Shown here piece by piece: positions 19,815 through 31,900 of a stretch of DNA of 64,000 nt. The DNA is taken from NCBI GenBank assembly GCA_000091205.1, contig AP006494.2; one strand, 5' to 3'. The DNA comes from Cyanidioschyzon merolae. Its lineage: Eukaryota. How positions within the stretch are numbered: the first letter of the stretch is position 1; every line of letters begins with the position of its first letter. Under the pieces are notes generated by a model. That model was given only the letters and a program-made list of their open reading frames with translations. It was not told the DNA's origin and did not search any database. Position numbers and translations under genes: made by a program.

Positions 19815-21596
19815 TTACTGATGCGATGCCATTCTTTGACGGAGTGCTGATTCCTCAAACGTCGTCGAGTCCAAATCGTTGATAAAGCTCTCTATCGGAG
19901 GTGACGTGGAACGATTGACGCTGATATCGGGCAGACGTAACGGATTGGCGGTGTCGCCCACCGAGGCATGCGGGCTCTCCGTTGTTGAGGCGCTTGTGAC
20001 GTTGCCGGATGGATCTGGGGAGCTCGACCAGGTGCGATTTTCACTAGAATGCACGGATTCGCCGTCGTTGACTTCCTGTCGCACGGTGGATTCCGCATTC
20101 GCAGGCAACCTGCTTTCTGAGGTTTCAGATGCCGCTGCTATCATCTTTGAGCTGTTGTTGGCTTCTTGCTTTTCGATGAATGTGCGTAATGCGATCAGCG
20201 TATCTTCGGTGAAGATTCGCCCGCCACTTTGAGACATGACATCGTCAATACTGACGAGTTCAACGAACTCGACCTCTTCAGCTTGCGGCCTGATTCGCTG
20301 TCGCGGCTCTTCGAAAGGATCAAAAATGGCCACGTAGACCTGGCCAAACACTCGCGTCAGGTCCGACTCATATCGGATTGGTCCGACCGGCTCGAGCGCC
20401 AAATCAAGGCCGAGCTCCTCGGCGAGCTCTCGTCGGGCTGACTCTTCGTAGCTCTCACCTGCCTGAACAACACCGCCTGCTGCTGCATCATACATGCCGG
20501 GATGAATGTCTTTGGTTGGTGTGCGCTTCTGAATGTAGATTCTATCTCTCTCCGGATTCAACACCAGGACGTAGGTGGCACGATGCCATAGATTCTCTCG
20601 CCGCATTTCAGCCCTGGTCACGACCCGAAGCGGTTCATTGAACTCGTTCGTTACAATGACGCGCTCGCGACTAGCCTCTAACGCAGCATCCCTTCCAGCC
20701 GAGACGTTCGCTGCAGGGGGTTCTTGCCAAGCGGAGCTACTAAACAAAGAAGCTGACAGAAGATTCGATGCCCTGGTACTTTCATCAAGACTGTCGCTTG
20801 TGCCATGTTTGGTCCATTCCAGGGCCATGGAGCGCTGCTCTACCTCCGTCAGCGTTACGCTGGCATCGCCATCGCCCTGCCTCAGGAGAGAAATAGACTG
20901 CTGCTCTGACTCTATAACTGAAACAAGTCGACTTTTTGACGTCGACTCCCAAGTTTCCTCTTTTCCTTGGGATCCAAATCCAGTATCCTGTGACTCGTTC
21001 TCAACAGCTGCGCTATGCCGAAGCGCTGAACCTGATGCGTCAACCTGAAGGCCCGTAGAACGCTCTGGAAATGTCTCAGGAACGAGCTCCTTTCCTGCGG
21101 TGGAAGCATCCGACTCTGGCACCGAAGGTCGTCTCTCACCAACAAGAGCATCACTTTGAAGTGCTATTGTTTCCCTCCAGGAAGGACGAGGCTGACCTGC
21201 AGAGCCCGAAAGCGACTCAGATGAGGTCGCCAGCAGCTCGCTCGAATCACTCGGATACGCAGCAGAAACGTCCTGGCTCGCTGAGCTAACGTTAGCCGAG
21301 GCCTGGTCGTCAGAAACGGCTTCGCTGCGCCGACGCTCGCGGCGGTTACGGTCCCACCGTCTGGCCTCCCGGAGTAACCAGACAACAGCGAGAAACCCCA
21401 CTACACTCGTGAAGCTTCCGCGTTGTCTTTGGCGGCTGGGCCCCGTCGACTGTCCCCGCTCTGAACTTTCCTGACCTCCGCGCCGTTGTTTCCGTTTCCT
21501 TGCCCTATGTGTACTTGTCCCAGCGGCAGCAGCAGCAGCAGCGTTGTCTGGCTCTTTCTGTGCTTGCGAGCGGTTATCGTTCTCCATAAGGCTCAC
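19815..21596 (-). CDS. Nudix hydrolase domain protein with long low-complexity flanks
   Basis: Nudix box GGVVQAGESYEESARRELAEELGL (GX5EX7REUXEEXGU) preceded by ATYVLVLNPERDRIYIQKRT. Confidence 0.6.
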   Translation of the reverse strand: MSLMENDNRSQAQKEPDNAAAAAAAGTSTHRARKRKQRRGGQESSERGQSTGPSRQRQRGSFTSVVGFLAVVWLLREARRWDRNRRERRRSEAVSDDQASANVSSASQDVSAAYPSDSSELLATSSESLSGSAGQPRPSWRETIALQSDALVGERRPSVPESDASTAGKELVPETFPERSTGLQVDASGSALRHSAAVENESQDTGFGSQGKEETWESTSKSRLVSVIESEQQSISLLRQGDGDASVTLTEVEQRSMALEWTKHGTSDSLDESTRASNLLSASLFSSSAWQEPPAANVSAGRDAALEASRERVIVTNEFNEPLRVVTRAEMRRENLWHRATYVLVLNPERDRIYIQKRTPTKDIHPGMYDAAAGGVVQAGESYEESARRELAEELGLDLALEPVGPIRYESDLTRVFGQVYVAIFDPFEEPRQRIRPQAEEVEFVELVSIDDVMSQSGGRIFTEDTLIALRTFIEKQEANNSSKMIAAASETSESRLPANAESTVRQEVNDGESVHSSENRTWSSSPDPSGNVTSASTTESPHASVGDTANPLRLPDISVNRSTSPPIESFINDLDSTTFEESALRQRMASHQ

Positions 21597-22065
21597 GAGT
21601 TCAACAGATATGCGCAGCTCGTGCGCCCGATTTCGAATTGAAACGCTCCGAGATTCCGTTCTGCGGTGCTGTGCCCGGCGCCGCCCGGTACCCCTTTACG
21701 TGTGTCGACCCGGCGGCCGTTCAGGCGCTGCAAAGCGGGTGCATCTCTCCAGGGCACCGGATTTCCCTGTTTCGCAGTTTGTTGACACCCAGAAGGGATG
21801 TTTCCGTTTGGTCGCTTGATATCAGCGCTCGGAGTAGCATCCATCGTTCCTCGCCCTACTTCCAAATTCCACTACCGACAGTCGCCCTCAGAGGTGCTGG
21901 TGATTTTCCACCTTATATCGTGCGTCAAGTGCCCGTCGTGAGCGGCCTCGATAGCCTGTATAGCGCAAGCGCGAATACAGTACGTAAACGGAACGGCTTT
22001 GTCATACTGCTGAAGGCGTGGGCTCGAAGTACAGGGAGCGGGATGCACCACCGAGGCAGGCGTCT

Positions 22066-22190
22066 GCCGTGGGCTCAGTATCCGCAGGAACGCTGAACAA
22101 ATTGAAGCCCCGTTTCCGCAGGCAAATACTGTGCTGAAGGCTTAGGCTCAGCATCCGCAGGAACGCTGAACAAATTGAAGCCCCGTTTCC
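22066..22190. repeat. Direct duplication of an approximately 74-bp unit
   Basis: atccgcaggaacgctgaacaaattgaagccccgtttcc occurs twice (about 22079 and 22152), each preceded by ggctcag(t/c). Confidence 0.85.
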
Positions 22191-22935
22191 ATGGAGAAAC
22201 ACCGCGGTCAATCCAGATATACGAATTAGGCAACCCCGAGTGACGGCGGGCGCTTCTGTCGTGTCCGGTGGCCTGGTGAACCTCCGAAGAAACCTGGGTG
22301 GATGACTCAGTATTGCGCCACGAAACGCGGCAGCAACGTGTTGGCAGCGGCGGTACTCGTTGGAGGCAACTCTTGAGAGCAGCGTTGCCGGTTTTCTATC
22401 CATGCGCGTCGTGAAACCATCGAGCTGTGCAGTTCACCAGGAAACGGCAAGAATATACGAAATCGAAAAGTTTATGCAGGCGTGCTTTCTGTACTAGTCT
22501 TTCGGATGTAGTGCGGGCAGCGCGATGACCGTCGCTCTCTCTGCTGGGCAGCTGCCGCGGCGCATCTGCACTGAACTGCTTGCTCACACGCTGGGTGACG
22601 CCTCGACGAAGGATGCAGCTGCGCTTCCGTGACTGAAAGGCCACCGACTGCAGCGATCGAGTCGTGCGCTAGTGCATTTGCGTGACGCCCCAAGCTCAGC
22701 GCTGAATACATCATTAGGTTTCTTGGCAGACATGGTCAGCCATTTGTGCACAGGCTCATTGAGATCGAAATCGCAGGTGTCAACCGCGCGCTCATTTGCC
22801 GCCAAATACAGGCGCGTGGTGCGGTCGCCAGACGAGTGCTGGAGCAAGCAGCAGCTCGCAGGGGGAGCTCACGGATCAGGCGCTTCTCCAGTCGCCACTT
22901 TGCTGGTGTCAGTATAACAGCAGGATCAAAGGAAA

Positions 22936-25191
22936 ATGGTCAAGTTGCCGACTTTGAGACGAAGCATTCGAGACCAAGTTCGACGGCTGCGTAGTCTACA
23001 GAGGTCGGAAAGTGTTTGCGACGCTAACCGCCTGAAGGCACTGGAGAGCTTTATGGACGCCGTGGAGGCGGCGGATGTTGAGATGCTCTTTCGTAAAGGC
23101 GACTGGGACATGGTAATTTTCGCTTTAAATGACATTATTTGGAACGCTCCGTTAGAGGTAGCTGCACGGGGCGCGAGTGTGCTCAGTCGCACGAATCGCC
23201 GGTTGCTCGCAGTGCACGGCGCTCTCCACGAGCAGCCTCCTGGACGAGCTTTGACCACACCCATTCTCGTCGCAGAACGAAGCGAGCGTCTCACAAGGCT
23301 TGCAGCATTTGCGCGCACCCGCGTTCTTACCTTGCCGGTGCTCATACGCCGCCTTTTTCGAGCTGTGCTCGACGCTCCAGCTGCAAACTCGGAAGCATGC
23401 ACGCTGCTCCAGAATGCCGTTTTCTCCTGTCTCAGTACGAATTGCGGCACACAAGATGCGCAGCATTCGCAGATTTCCCTAAGCTCTCGACTCAGTCAAC
23501 TGATATATTCCCTGGTATGCTTTGCGTATGAGGTGGATCAGGCATCTCTGGATGTCCTGTTGGATCACGTCTGTGCGATTTGGAGGTCTGTTGCTACAGA
23601 GCCTTCCGGCTGGAATGCCCCGCTTCCGTGGATGCTGGAAGCACCCTCATCGATAACAGATGCCTTTTGGGCGTCATCGGCTCCGTGCTTGGAGCGGCAG
23701 TGCGACATGGCTACGGCCTCTGTACATGCTGTTCTCGCCGCTCTGTTGAGCGATATGAAACTGGCGGCGGATGCGCAGCGACGACTCCTGTACCGAATTC
23801 ACTCGATGATACAGGAGCTGCGTGCGGCCAGAGATAGCTTTCACGTCGCCCCAGTCTCTTCGATACCATACGCATCCGAATGGTTCTTCGAAGCGCTGAC
23901 CACGCGGCTTGTCGATGAGCCCCAGCTGGTCTGCTTAATCCTGTCGAAATTATGTGGCTTCGAGGACGACAATCCGGATACAAGCGCGATGCTTTTGGTC
24001 AGTCAGACGCAGATGAGATGCCTGGTACGCACGATCACGTTACGACATTTGCTGCGGCAGGCAGAAGCCTGCGAAGCAGCCGCACGCATTCTCCTTCTGC
24101 TACTAAGCTCCAGCGTCGTCGTGAAGAATTTAGAAGCTTGCGACTTTGCGTTGTGTATATTCGTGGCATGCCTTATGCTGAGCGACGCCAGAAATTACCC
24201 CGGAGTGCACCAAAGCCGGTCTGTCGCGGCAACGAATGGGCTCGAAGATAGAACAACGGTTCAAGGCGAGAACTGGAGACATCAGTACGGCGATTTGTTG
24301 CTGAGCGCTCTTGTTTCGGTGTTCGGCGATACGCAGCTGCGACCCGTACTGCTTTTCAACATGCTACACTACAGGTGCTCGAAAGCGATGATCAGATTTC
24401 TCGGAACTGGCGGTGAAATCAATATCCGCGACGCTTTCGCGGTGTCTGTTCTGCGAGATGAACAGCATATCGCCGCTCAGGTGCAAGCAGCGCTCGGCCA
24501 GACTCGAGAGCGACTCGAATCGCTCTTCGCTGAGGAGCCTGTACCAGAATACAATGAAGCCTTTCCACAGATTCGAAGCGCCCTGCACGCTGCTGCTTCT
24601 GCTGTGGAGCAAGGAGTCCGCAGTGCCTGCACCGCGAGCGCGATCATGAAGCAAGGCGAAGCGGGTGCCGGATGCGTCTCCATCTCGTCGGTCTCGGAGG
24701 CGACGCGCCCATCCATGGCATCGTGGGCGTGGACGGCAGCTTTGAGCGTGTATGCTCGGGAATATCAAGACGCTGCACCGCATTTCGCCGATGCCTCGCA
24801 CGCTTCTGACTTTTCATGTTCGCCGGCAGACGTTTACGCTGCGCTCAATACGTTGCACGGCCTATTGGCCGAAGAGATCGTTATCGAGGCCCGCAAGGCA
24901 ACAGATGCTGCATGGCGATACGAGCGCTTGCGAATACAGAAAGCAGCGGAGCTGGAAATTCTACGCAAATTGCTTGACGAAGCTGATGCCGCGAAACGTG
25001 AACTCGAACAAAGCACTCAGTGTCCGGTCTGTTTCGAACGCCTACACGCCCCGTCGGCGCTGGTTCCATGTGGGCACGTGCTCTGCAAAAGCTGCTTCGT
25101 CACCTTAACGACAACACTTGAGGAGCACCTCTGCCCTACATGTCGTCAAGTCTTCGATCCGATTTCGGCACTACGCATCCACTTGAACTAG
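22936..25191 (+). CDS. RING-finger (C3HC4) E3 ubiquitin ligase-like protein, 751 aa
   Basis: C-terminal CPVCFERLHAPSALVPCGHVLCKSCFVTLTTTLEEHLCPTCRQ preceded by a coiled-coil segment. The remainder is unassigned. Confidence 0.6.
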   Translation: MVKLPTLRRSIRDQVRRLRSLQRSESVCDANRLKALESFMDAVEAADVEMLFRKGDWDMVIFALNDIIWNAPLEVAARGASVLSRTNRRLLAVHGALHEQPPGRALTTPILVAERSERLTRLAAFARTRVLTLPVLIRRLFRAVLDAPAANSEACTLLQNAVFSCLSTNCGTQDAQHSQISLSSRLSQLIYSLVCFAYEVDQASLDVLLDHVCAIWRSVATEPSGWNAPLPWMLEAPSSITDAFWASSAPCLERQCDMATASVHAVLAALLSDMKLAADAQRRLLYRIHSMIQELRAARDSFHVAPVSSIPYASEWFFEALTTRLVDEPQLVCLILSKLCGFEDDNPDTSAMLLVSQTQMRCLVRTITLRHLLRQAEACEAAARILLLLLSSSVVVKNLEACDFALCIFVACLMLSDARNYPGVHQSRSVAATNGLEDRTTVQGENWRHQYGDLLLSALVSVFGDTQLRPVLLFNMLHYRCSKAMIRFLGTGGEINIRDAFAVSVLRDEQHIAAQVQAALGQTRERLESLFAEEPVPEYNEAFPQIRSALHAAASAVEQGVRSACTASAIMKQGEAGAGCVSISSVSEATRPSMASWAWTAALSVYAREYQDAAPHFADASHASDFSCSPADVYAALNTLHGLLAEEIVIEARKATDAAWRYERLRIQKAAELEILRKLLDEADAAKRELEQSTQCPVCFERLHAPSALVPCGHVLCKSCFVTLTTTLEEHLCPTCRQVFDPISALRIHLN

Positions 25192-25359
25192 AATTCGCAG
25201 CCCAAGGGACGGCATTGGTACGCCCTGTCTGGGCCGCCTCATCACCAATTTCCAAAGTCGAACGTTCGACAGAAGCCGAGCGATCCCGAACCCTAGTACA
25301 CGGAGCGTGTGCATGGCGCATCACTCATTTTTAATCTAGTCCAGAATCAAAACTTGCCC

Positions 25360-26544
25360 CTAGACCACACCAAGACACCTGAGCATAATAGCATTCTGTG
25401 CGTGCATTCGATTTTCTGCCTGCTGGAAGACAACGGACTGTGCGCACTCCATGACTTGATCGGTTACTTCACGGCCTCGCTCGGCTGGTAGGCAGTGCAT
25501 GAAAATCGTATCGCTTACGCCAGTGGCCTCCAGGAGCTCCATCGAAATTTGATAACCAGCAAACGCCCGCTCACGCTCAGCGATCTGATCCTTTTGGCCC
25601 ATGCTCGCCCAGACATCCGTGTAAATCACATTCGCTCCTAACACCGCAATCTGCGGATCGTGTATGATCTCTACCCGACTGCGTCCGGCTGCTCGCGCGC
25701 GGCGCACCAGGTCCGCGTTGGGCTCAAAGCCCGGCGGGCAACAACAAATGAATTCAAACGGAATGCAGCAGGCCATTTCTAGCCAACTATGGACAATATT
25801 GTTCCCGTCGCCAATATACACAACGCGCTGGTTCTCCAGCGACCCGCGACACTCCATGATTGTCAAAGCGTCCGCCATGATCTGGCACGGATGGTTCCAG
25901 TCAGTGAGTCCATTGATGACTGGCACTGATGCGTAGGCTGCCAGCTCAAGCAAGTCCTCATGCGCATACAGCCGCGCCATGATAATGTCATTAAACCTGG
26001 AGACAACTCGTGCGATGTCTTTGGTTGCTTCCCTTTTGCCGATACCGATCTCATCGCCCAGCAGCAAAGCGTGGCCTCCCAACCGGTAGAAACCGGTCTC
26101 GAAAGAGATGCGTGTGCGTGCGGAGGGTTTCGCAAAGATCATAGCAAGCGTCAAACCGGCGAGCGGTTTCGCACCAGAGAAAACCTTGCCTTCCTTGAGA
26201 TCGCGCGCAAGTTGAAGAGTGCTCATGATTTCTTCTGGAATCCAGTCAGTGATGGCGAGAAAGTGGCGTTTTCCGCCCGGAAGTGCGTGCACAGTGCCCT
26301 TTGTATCCCTGCAAGCCAGCGACAGGGAGGAAGCACGTGACACTCGCTGTGCCCCGCGCGGAGTTAGGATCTGCCTTCTGGTGCGGTAACCCACTGGGAC
26401 CACAAGACATTTATGCGGAAAACTCTGAGTTGAGAGAAGTGCAGACGTCGTTATAAAACCCAGTACAGTCATAGAGAGCGTGTCGCAGATCCCCTGCAGT
26501 TGGAGCCGGTAGCGCAACGCGCACAGCAGTGGCGAGCGCCGCAT
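25360..26544 (-). CDS. Ornithine carbamoyltransferase (mitochondrial-type; the true start may be an internal Met)
   Basis: STRTRISFETG (carbamoyl-phosphate binding STRTR), HCLPAERGREV (HCLP ornithine-binding motif), DVWASMGQ. The roughly 70-aa N-terminal extension is presequence-like. Confidence 0.85.
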   Translation of the reverse strand: MRRSPLLCALRYRLQLQGICDTLSMTVLGFITTSALLSTQSFPHKCLVVPVGYRTRRQILTPRGAQRVSRASSLSLACRDTKGTVHALPGGKRHFLAITDWIPEEIMSTLQLARDLKEGKVFSGAKPLAGLTLAMIFAKPSARTRISFETGFYRLGGHALLLGDEIGIGKREATKDIARVVSRFNDIIMARLYAHEDLLELAAYASVPVINGLTDWNHPCQIMADALTIMECRGSLENQRVVYIGDGNNIVHSWLEMACCIPFEFICCCPPGFEPNADLVRRARAAGRSRVEIIHDPQIAVLGANVIYTDVWASMGQKDQIAERERAFAGYQISMELLEATGVSDTIFMHCLPAERGREVTDQVMECAQSVVFQQAENRMHAQNAIMLRCLGVV

Positions 26545-27399
26545 CGGCAGCTATATTGATCGACTGGCGCTGTGAAGCAGCAGCGCTTTGCTTTTGCTCC
26601 GTTGCTGATTCTGCTGCGGAAACGTTGACGGACGCGTCTCAATGCTTGTTCATCGAATGGGCGCATTAGTCGCTGCTCTGACATACAACACAGATTCCCC
26701 ATGTTGTTCAACGTTGACGATGCATTCGATAGGGCAAGTGGCGGCACCCCGGAGACCCGCCTCCGCGCAATGGCGTGCATGGACCGCGTTCTTGATCTTG
26801 CCAATCAATGAGCTTCAGCGTGTGTCGCAGTTCATGGATGAGTGCCGATCGACAAGAAAAAGTTCAAGCCATACTCATTGACGTATCCGTAAATGTCACC
26901 GCATTCGGAATCTCTCGAAGCACAAGAAAGCAAAATCGCATCCGGGAGATGCTGGTTCGATCCATCGAGCTCAAGTCACTTTACTTGCAACGCCAATACG
27001 GACACCGTCTGGCATAGCAGAGTCCCGTCGACGGCAGACAGGCTGTATTCTATGCACCAAATCATGCCACCAGCGCCGAAGAGACCCATTCCAGCGTCTG
27101 GTGTACGACGTCTCGAAAACCGAGGTCATCCGTGATGCGGCAAAGCCGTTCCGCTTCCGTCTGCGCCCGCAGCAGGTACTCACGGCAACTTCAGCACCTG
27201 GAGGATCATAGGAATGAACCATGATCCTTAAAGGAAAGTATGGGTGGTTGCTGGTGAAGAGCTTTACGATCAAGTGAGCCATAACTGACGTTCTCCTGGA
27301 CGTCGATGGCCATGGAGCACAATCGAGGATGCCCAGGTTCCCGTGAACGATGCGACATCTGCATTTGCACACATGTCAGTGAAACAAGAAATGTCCCAC

Positions 27400-28900
27400 G
27401 ACCACTTATTGTAAATGAGTACCACAAGCGCACACGCCTCACAGCTTTTTCTGACCGGCCGCCTGCAATTAGTTTCAGTTTCTGCTTGTACACATCGAGC
27501 GTGAGAGGCTGCCCCACAGGTTTGCCTCGTGTCAGCTCTGCGGCTCTTTTCTGCAACACCACAAATCGTTTGATATTGATGACGGTGGTAAAGTCTCAGT
27601 TCACGAACTCCATGCGGGTATTTTCTCTGGGAGAACCTATCAGTGGAAAGAGTCCTCGAACTCGTGCCATTTTGTGCGGTGGCAGCTATACGCGCTTTTC
27701 TATCGCGAAAGCGCTCCGCTGCCCTCTCTCGAACTCGAACTTCTATAGCATACATATCAGCTCATTCCCTGTTTTTTTGCATGAACTACTTCTTCATGCC
27801 CTTCGGTGAGGACGTTCCCGAAGGAAGCAGGACTTGCGGAAGAGAGACCGCATGTGTCTCGGTGTAATCGCGTGTCTCCGTGTGTTGAACGCTTCAGCGA
27901 TTCGCCCAGTGGAGCGATCGTCACGTTTCATAAAGACAATGCTCATTAGATGCGGTTGAACCACGGAGTGTATAGACGAACGTAAAGCAGCTCTATTCTC
28001 GGATAGATTCGGCAAAAGCTCGAACGCGATTGGAACGGTTAGATGCGACGTCGCCCAATAGAATGACGTCGTCACGGTTCTCGAGACAAGTGTTCAATGA
28101 TTCGACAAAGTGGTTGGTGCTGTTGTATGGCCTTTCTCTACGGGCGAAACTGAGTCCGCCAAATGAGTCCACTAAAGCTAGAACAGATGATGATGCCGTT
28201 GGTCTCTTCGCGTTCGATGGTAGGCACAACGGGCGCCCTGCCCCGCGAATACCCATGTACGCTCCGAGCGCTTTATCCGAAGCAAGTCTCATCGACTGGC
28301 AAAACAAATCGACGTCCATGTGCTTCATTCGGATCGCAACGTTCCAGGAACTTTGCTGTGGGTGTGATTTCGGTGGAAGATGGCCGTACATGACATTGGT
28401 CGTCTTTTTTGTTACTGTATCCCAGTGTTTTCAGGATCACACGAACTAGCCGCCGAGAATCAGAGATGCACGTGACGACTATAATCCTCTGCTTTGCTTT
28501 CCGTGAGGTAATCAAGGAGTTAATTTTTTGTACAATTCATCGCAAGCAGTCTTCAAGATTGTCGGTTTTCGGCACGGAGCACATATACTTGTTTCTTTCA
28601 GTGTTCATCAAGCATCAGCGTGCTGGAGCGTGACGAATCTGAAGGAGGCAAAGCAGCACTCCCAGCGCTCTACAGTAAAGAGTATATATCCTACCGGAAA
28701 TTCGTCTACGATCTATCGAATACATTGCATCATGATGTCGACCGCCTGATGTATATTGTGAAAAAGCATCCGATTCCATACAGCGGGATGAAAGTAATAG
28801 AGTTGAAACACTGGAGAAGAGAATGAGCGGTGGCACTCATAAACGCTGCACTGCGCTCGATGCGCGACGCAACAGCGCGGCGTCGACGTCATCTGCAGTG
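27400..28900 (-). mobile_element. Composite dispersed repeat, copy B (minus orientation), ending in the Fanzor-like 3' tail (27400..27620)
   Basis: Minus-strand translation ...RMEFVN*DFTTVINIKRFVVLQKRAAELTRGKPVGQPLTLDVYKQKLKLIAGGRSEKAVRRVRLW. The upstream module matches copies A and C (for example KRDDRSTGRIAEAF vs KRNDRSIGRIADAF, and ...RRFVLPVDETCFG). Confidence 0.5.
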
Positions 28901-31900
28901 CACGATGCTGGCGAGCCACGGAGCTGCGGAGACGTCTGCTTGCTCTACGCTTACCGACCAGCCGACCGACCTACATACCGGGACACCGGTGTCGTCATCG
29001 TGTCGACGAAACGTAGCGGGCGTCGTGCGTGCAGCATCAGAGCGCACGTTCTACCGGAAAGATCACGGAGCATATGAAGCTGCTGGGCGTTTGGTGTGCG
29101 CAAATAGCTGTGTGAGTGCTCTTTGCTCTTTTGTGGACAGCTTGAAGGTGGAGCAGCCTCCTGGTGCTTTCAGATGTGCGTGGAACAAGACGAATCTATG
29201 ACAGCTGCTCACCATGCAGGCGAGGAAAATTATGGGTTGAATAGTTCTAGGGAGCTTGGAGACGCTCTCGGGGCGACAGAGGATGAGGCGGCGCGCGTGC
29301 GGCTCTTACTGGCTGCGACAGTGCAGGAGCCTGTGACGTGTCCGCCGGCAGCGCACACCGCGGATGCCGGCTCTGCTGGTTCGCAGCCAGCACGTCGATC
29401 CTGGCGCTACCGTTTATCGGTTTGGTGGTATCGCTACAAGGTATTTACCTTGTGGGTGGTTCTCGAACCGAGCGAAGTTGCAGTCACGCAGACGATTTTG
29501 TGGTCGACGATACTCGTCATTGGGTATCGAGTTCTGATGCGTATTTGGCGTTTTCTCCGATGACGGTTCACGTGTTGGCGCCGTTTCCATCTGGCGGCTG
29601 TTGTGGGAATCCAGCAGCAGACAAGTCCGTGACGGTATTGTTGGCAGAGCTTGCATCGCATGCTAACCCATGATCTCGGTTGACAAAGGTGGGCGCAGTT
29701 TTGCAGTAGTCTCATCGCGACATGGAGTACAGATTGAAATTGAATGAATGGGCATGAATCAGGATTACATGTGCTAAACCGTGCCTGATGACTCTCATGC
29801 GAAACCGTTTGTGCGGGGCTTCCCATCGAGCGCACCAAACAAATGGCAAGCCGCTTCTCGAAAATGCCCAGCTCGAGGTTTTAGTGCGGACACTGAGTCG
29901 CTCAGAGGCTGCTCGTGTGCTTTCAGGGCACTGATTCGGTGCAAGGAGCGAGCGTTCGGAGTCGTCGACCGCCGGCTGCGGGACGGTTCGTTCCGAGCGC
30001 CGTACCGGGCGCGTGCAGGCTCTATGGTGCCGAAAATAGCGGCAAAAATGCGAAACACGGACTTGTGCAGCGCTCTGGTTGGATACGAGCGAGATCGCCG
30101 GGATCGACGCTGGACGCCACCGATACTGGTGTTGCAGGTTGCGTTTTCGAGCGCCGTGCGTTGTGCACCAAGCAGTGAGTTGCAGAAAAACCGTGCCATT
30201 GCACCCTTTTTGTTGATGTTTGCTTCTCTCGCATCTATTCAACAAAAGCGGTTCATCCTGTAGGTTGGATAAAGATCGCGGGAGGACTTGATGCCATCAC
30301 TGGCACGTTACGGAAAACGACGTTACTTGTGCAGATCAGTGATTCTATGGTCAACAGATGGACGAGCCACCCTTCTCGTCGTTCTTATCGTGTACGCGGT
30401 GCTCCAGAGAACAGCGCTTACCAAACGCTATCTACCCGGCTGTGCCCTCGTCAACTCAATCGACTCTGTACGCACTCAGACGTATAGAATCAATGACCCC
30501 ACCGGATGAGAAGATTCTATTCGATTGATACGAACGGTGATAATGCTTCGCTGATGGACCCACAAGAAAGCACGTTTCTCTTGGAGGCCGTCACATGTCC
30601 AACAACACAGCATCGATTTCGTAGTAAGACGTGGACGCGTCTTCCAGTCGAGATGGGCGTTCGTCTCACTCGTTGAGACTTCGTTCGGGATAAACAGCAG
30701 ACCCGTGTATGGGTACGCAAAGAGGCGCAAACCTCTGTTCGTAAAGAAGAGACAGTCGGGTATTCCGAGAGCGTGAGCCCTCGCGGCGTTTCAATTGTTT
30801 GTTCGGCTAAAAAGTATCTAACGGACAGGATCGTTCGGCAGTTCATCCTTCCAGGCAGCACCTCCTGGCTCGTCCCCCGCAGCTTATTCCGTCTTGATCT
30901 TAGACAACGTCGCTCTCCGTCACGAAAAGAAAAGCCGCCCAGGAGAACGCGGCAGAGGCTAACGTTGAGAGACTCTTCATGCAAGCTTATCCTCTAGGGT
31001 TTCAACCAATCGAAGGTGTCGCGTATCTCATCAGACCCCATTTCTATGATCACGAATAAATACACGAGTCGTTTGCATCCGCGATTGTGAAGCGCGTACG
31101 GCCGTTCTTGATCAACAGGTCTCTCTCTATACGCTACTAGCTACAAAGTGCTGTGATGCTCGTCTTCTCGAGCGCGTGAGGACGCTGAAACGCTCGCTTG
31201 AGTCGGTGGACGCGCTCGCGATGGACACGGTGATAAAAAGGTACTTGGGGAGTCGAAGAAACAGAAACAGAAGGGACGGGCTTCGGCGCCACAGTGCACA
31301 CTTTTCGTCCGTATCACGCGATAAACAACGGATCTAGAAGCTACCGAACTCAGCAGCGTAAAGAAGAAGGCTGAAGATAAGAAGGAGAAGCAATCAACGG
31401 ACATAGATGTCGAAGATCTTGCCCCGAAAGAGGTTAACGATGGACTGGAGAAAAACTGACCGAGCTTATAGATCAGTCTGGAACCGTTTTCCACGCCGCC
31501 CTTGGAAAACAAATCAACAGGGGGGGTCTTCCAAATAGTAATAAGTAGGACCTGCTAGGGATCGCATGGCTGCTTCTCACTTGAGTAAGTCTCATCTTGC
31601 CGCTCCCACGATGACACGGCTCTTCAGGCAACTGATCGTTAGAGTCCCCGACTCTGGGCTGTCAGTTGCCTACGTACTACTTGAATTATTCGTTCAAAGC
31701 TTCCTACGACGGCAGAGCTGAGGCTCAGGACAAAAGCTGTAATTGCGCCTGATCTTTGGATTCGGGGTTCAGTGTATGTGCTTCTCGGAATACCTTGACG
31801 CATCGCAGCGCCACCTTGGCGTGCGGAACGTCGACCGGGCAGTCGGCAGATTCGATCCTATCGAGCATCGAGGCTCATTTCCGACCAGTCAAGGTAGACG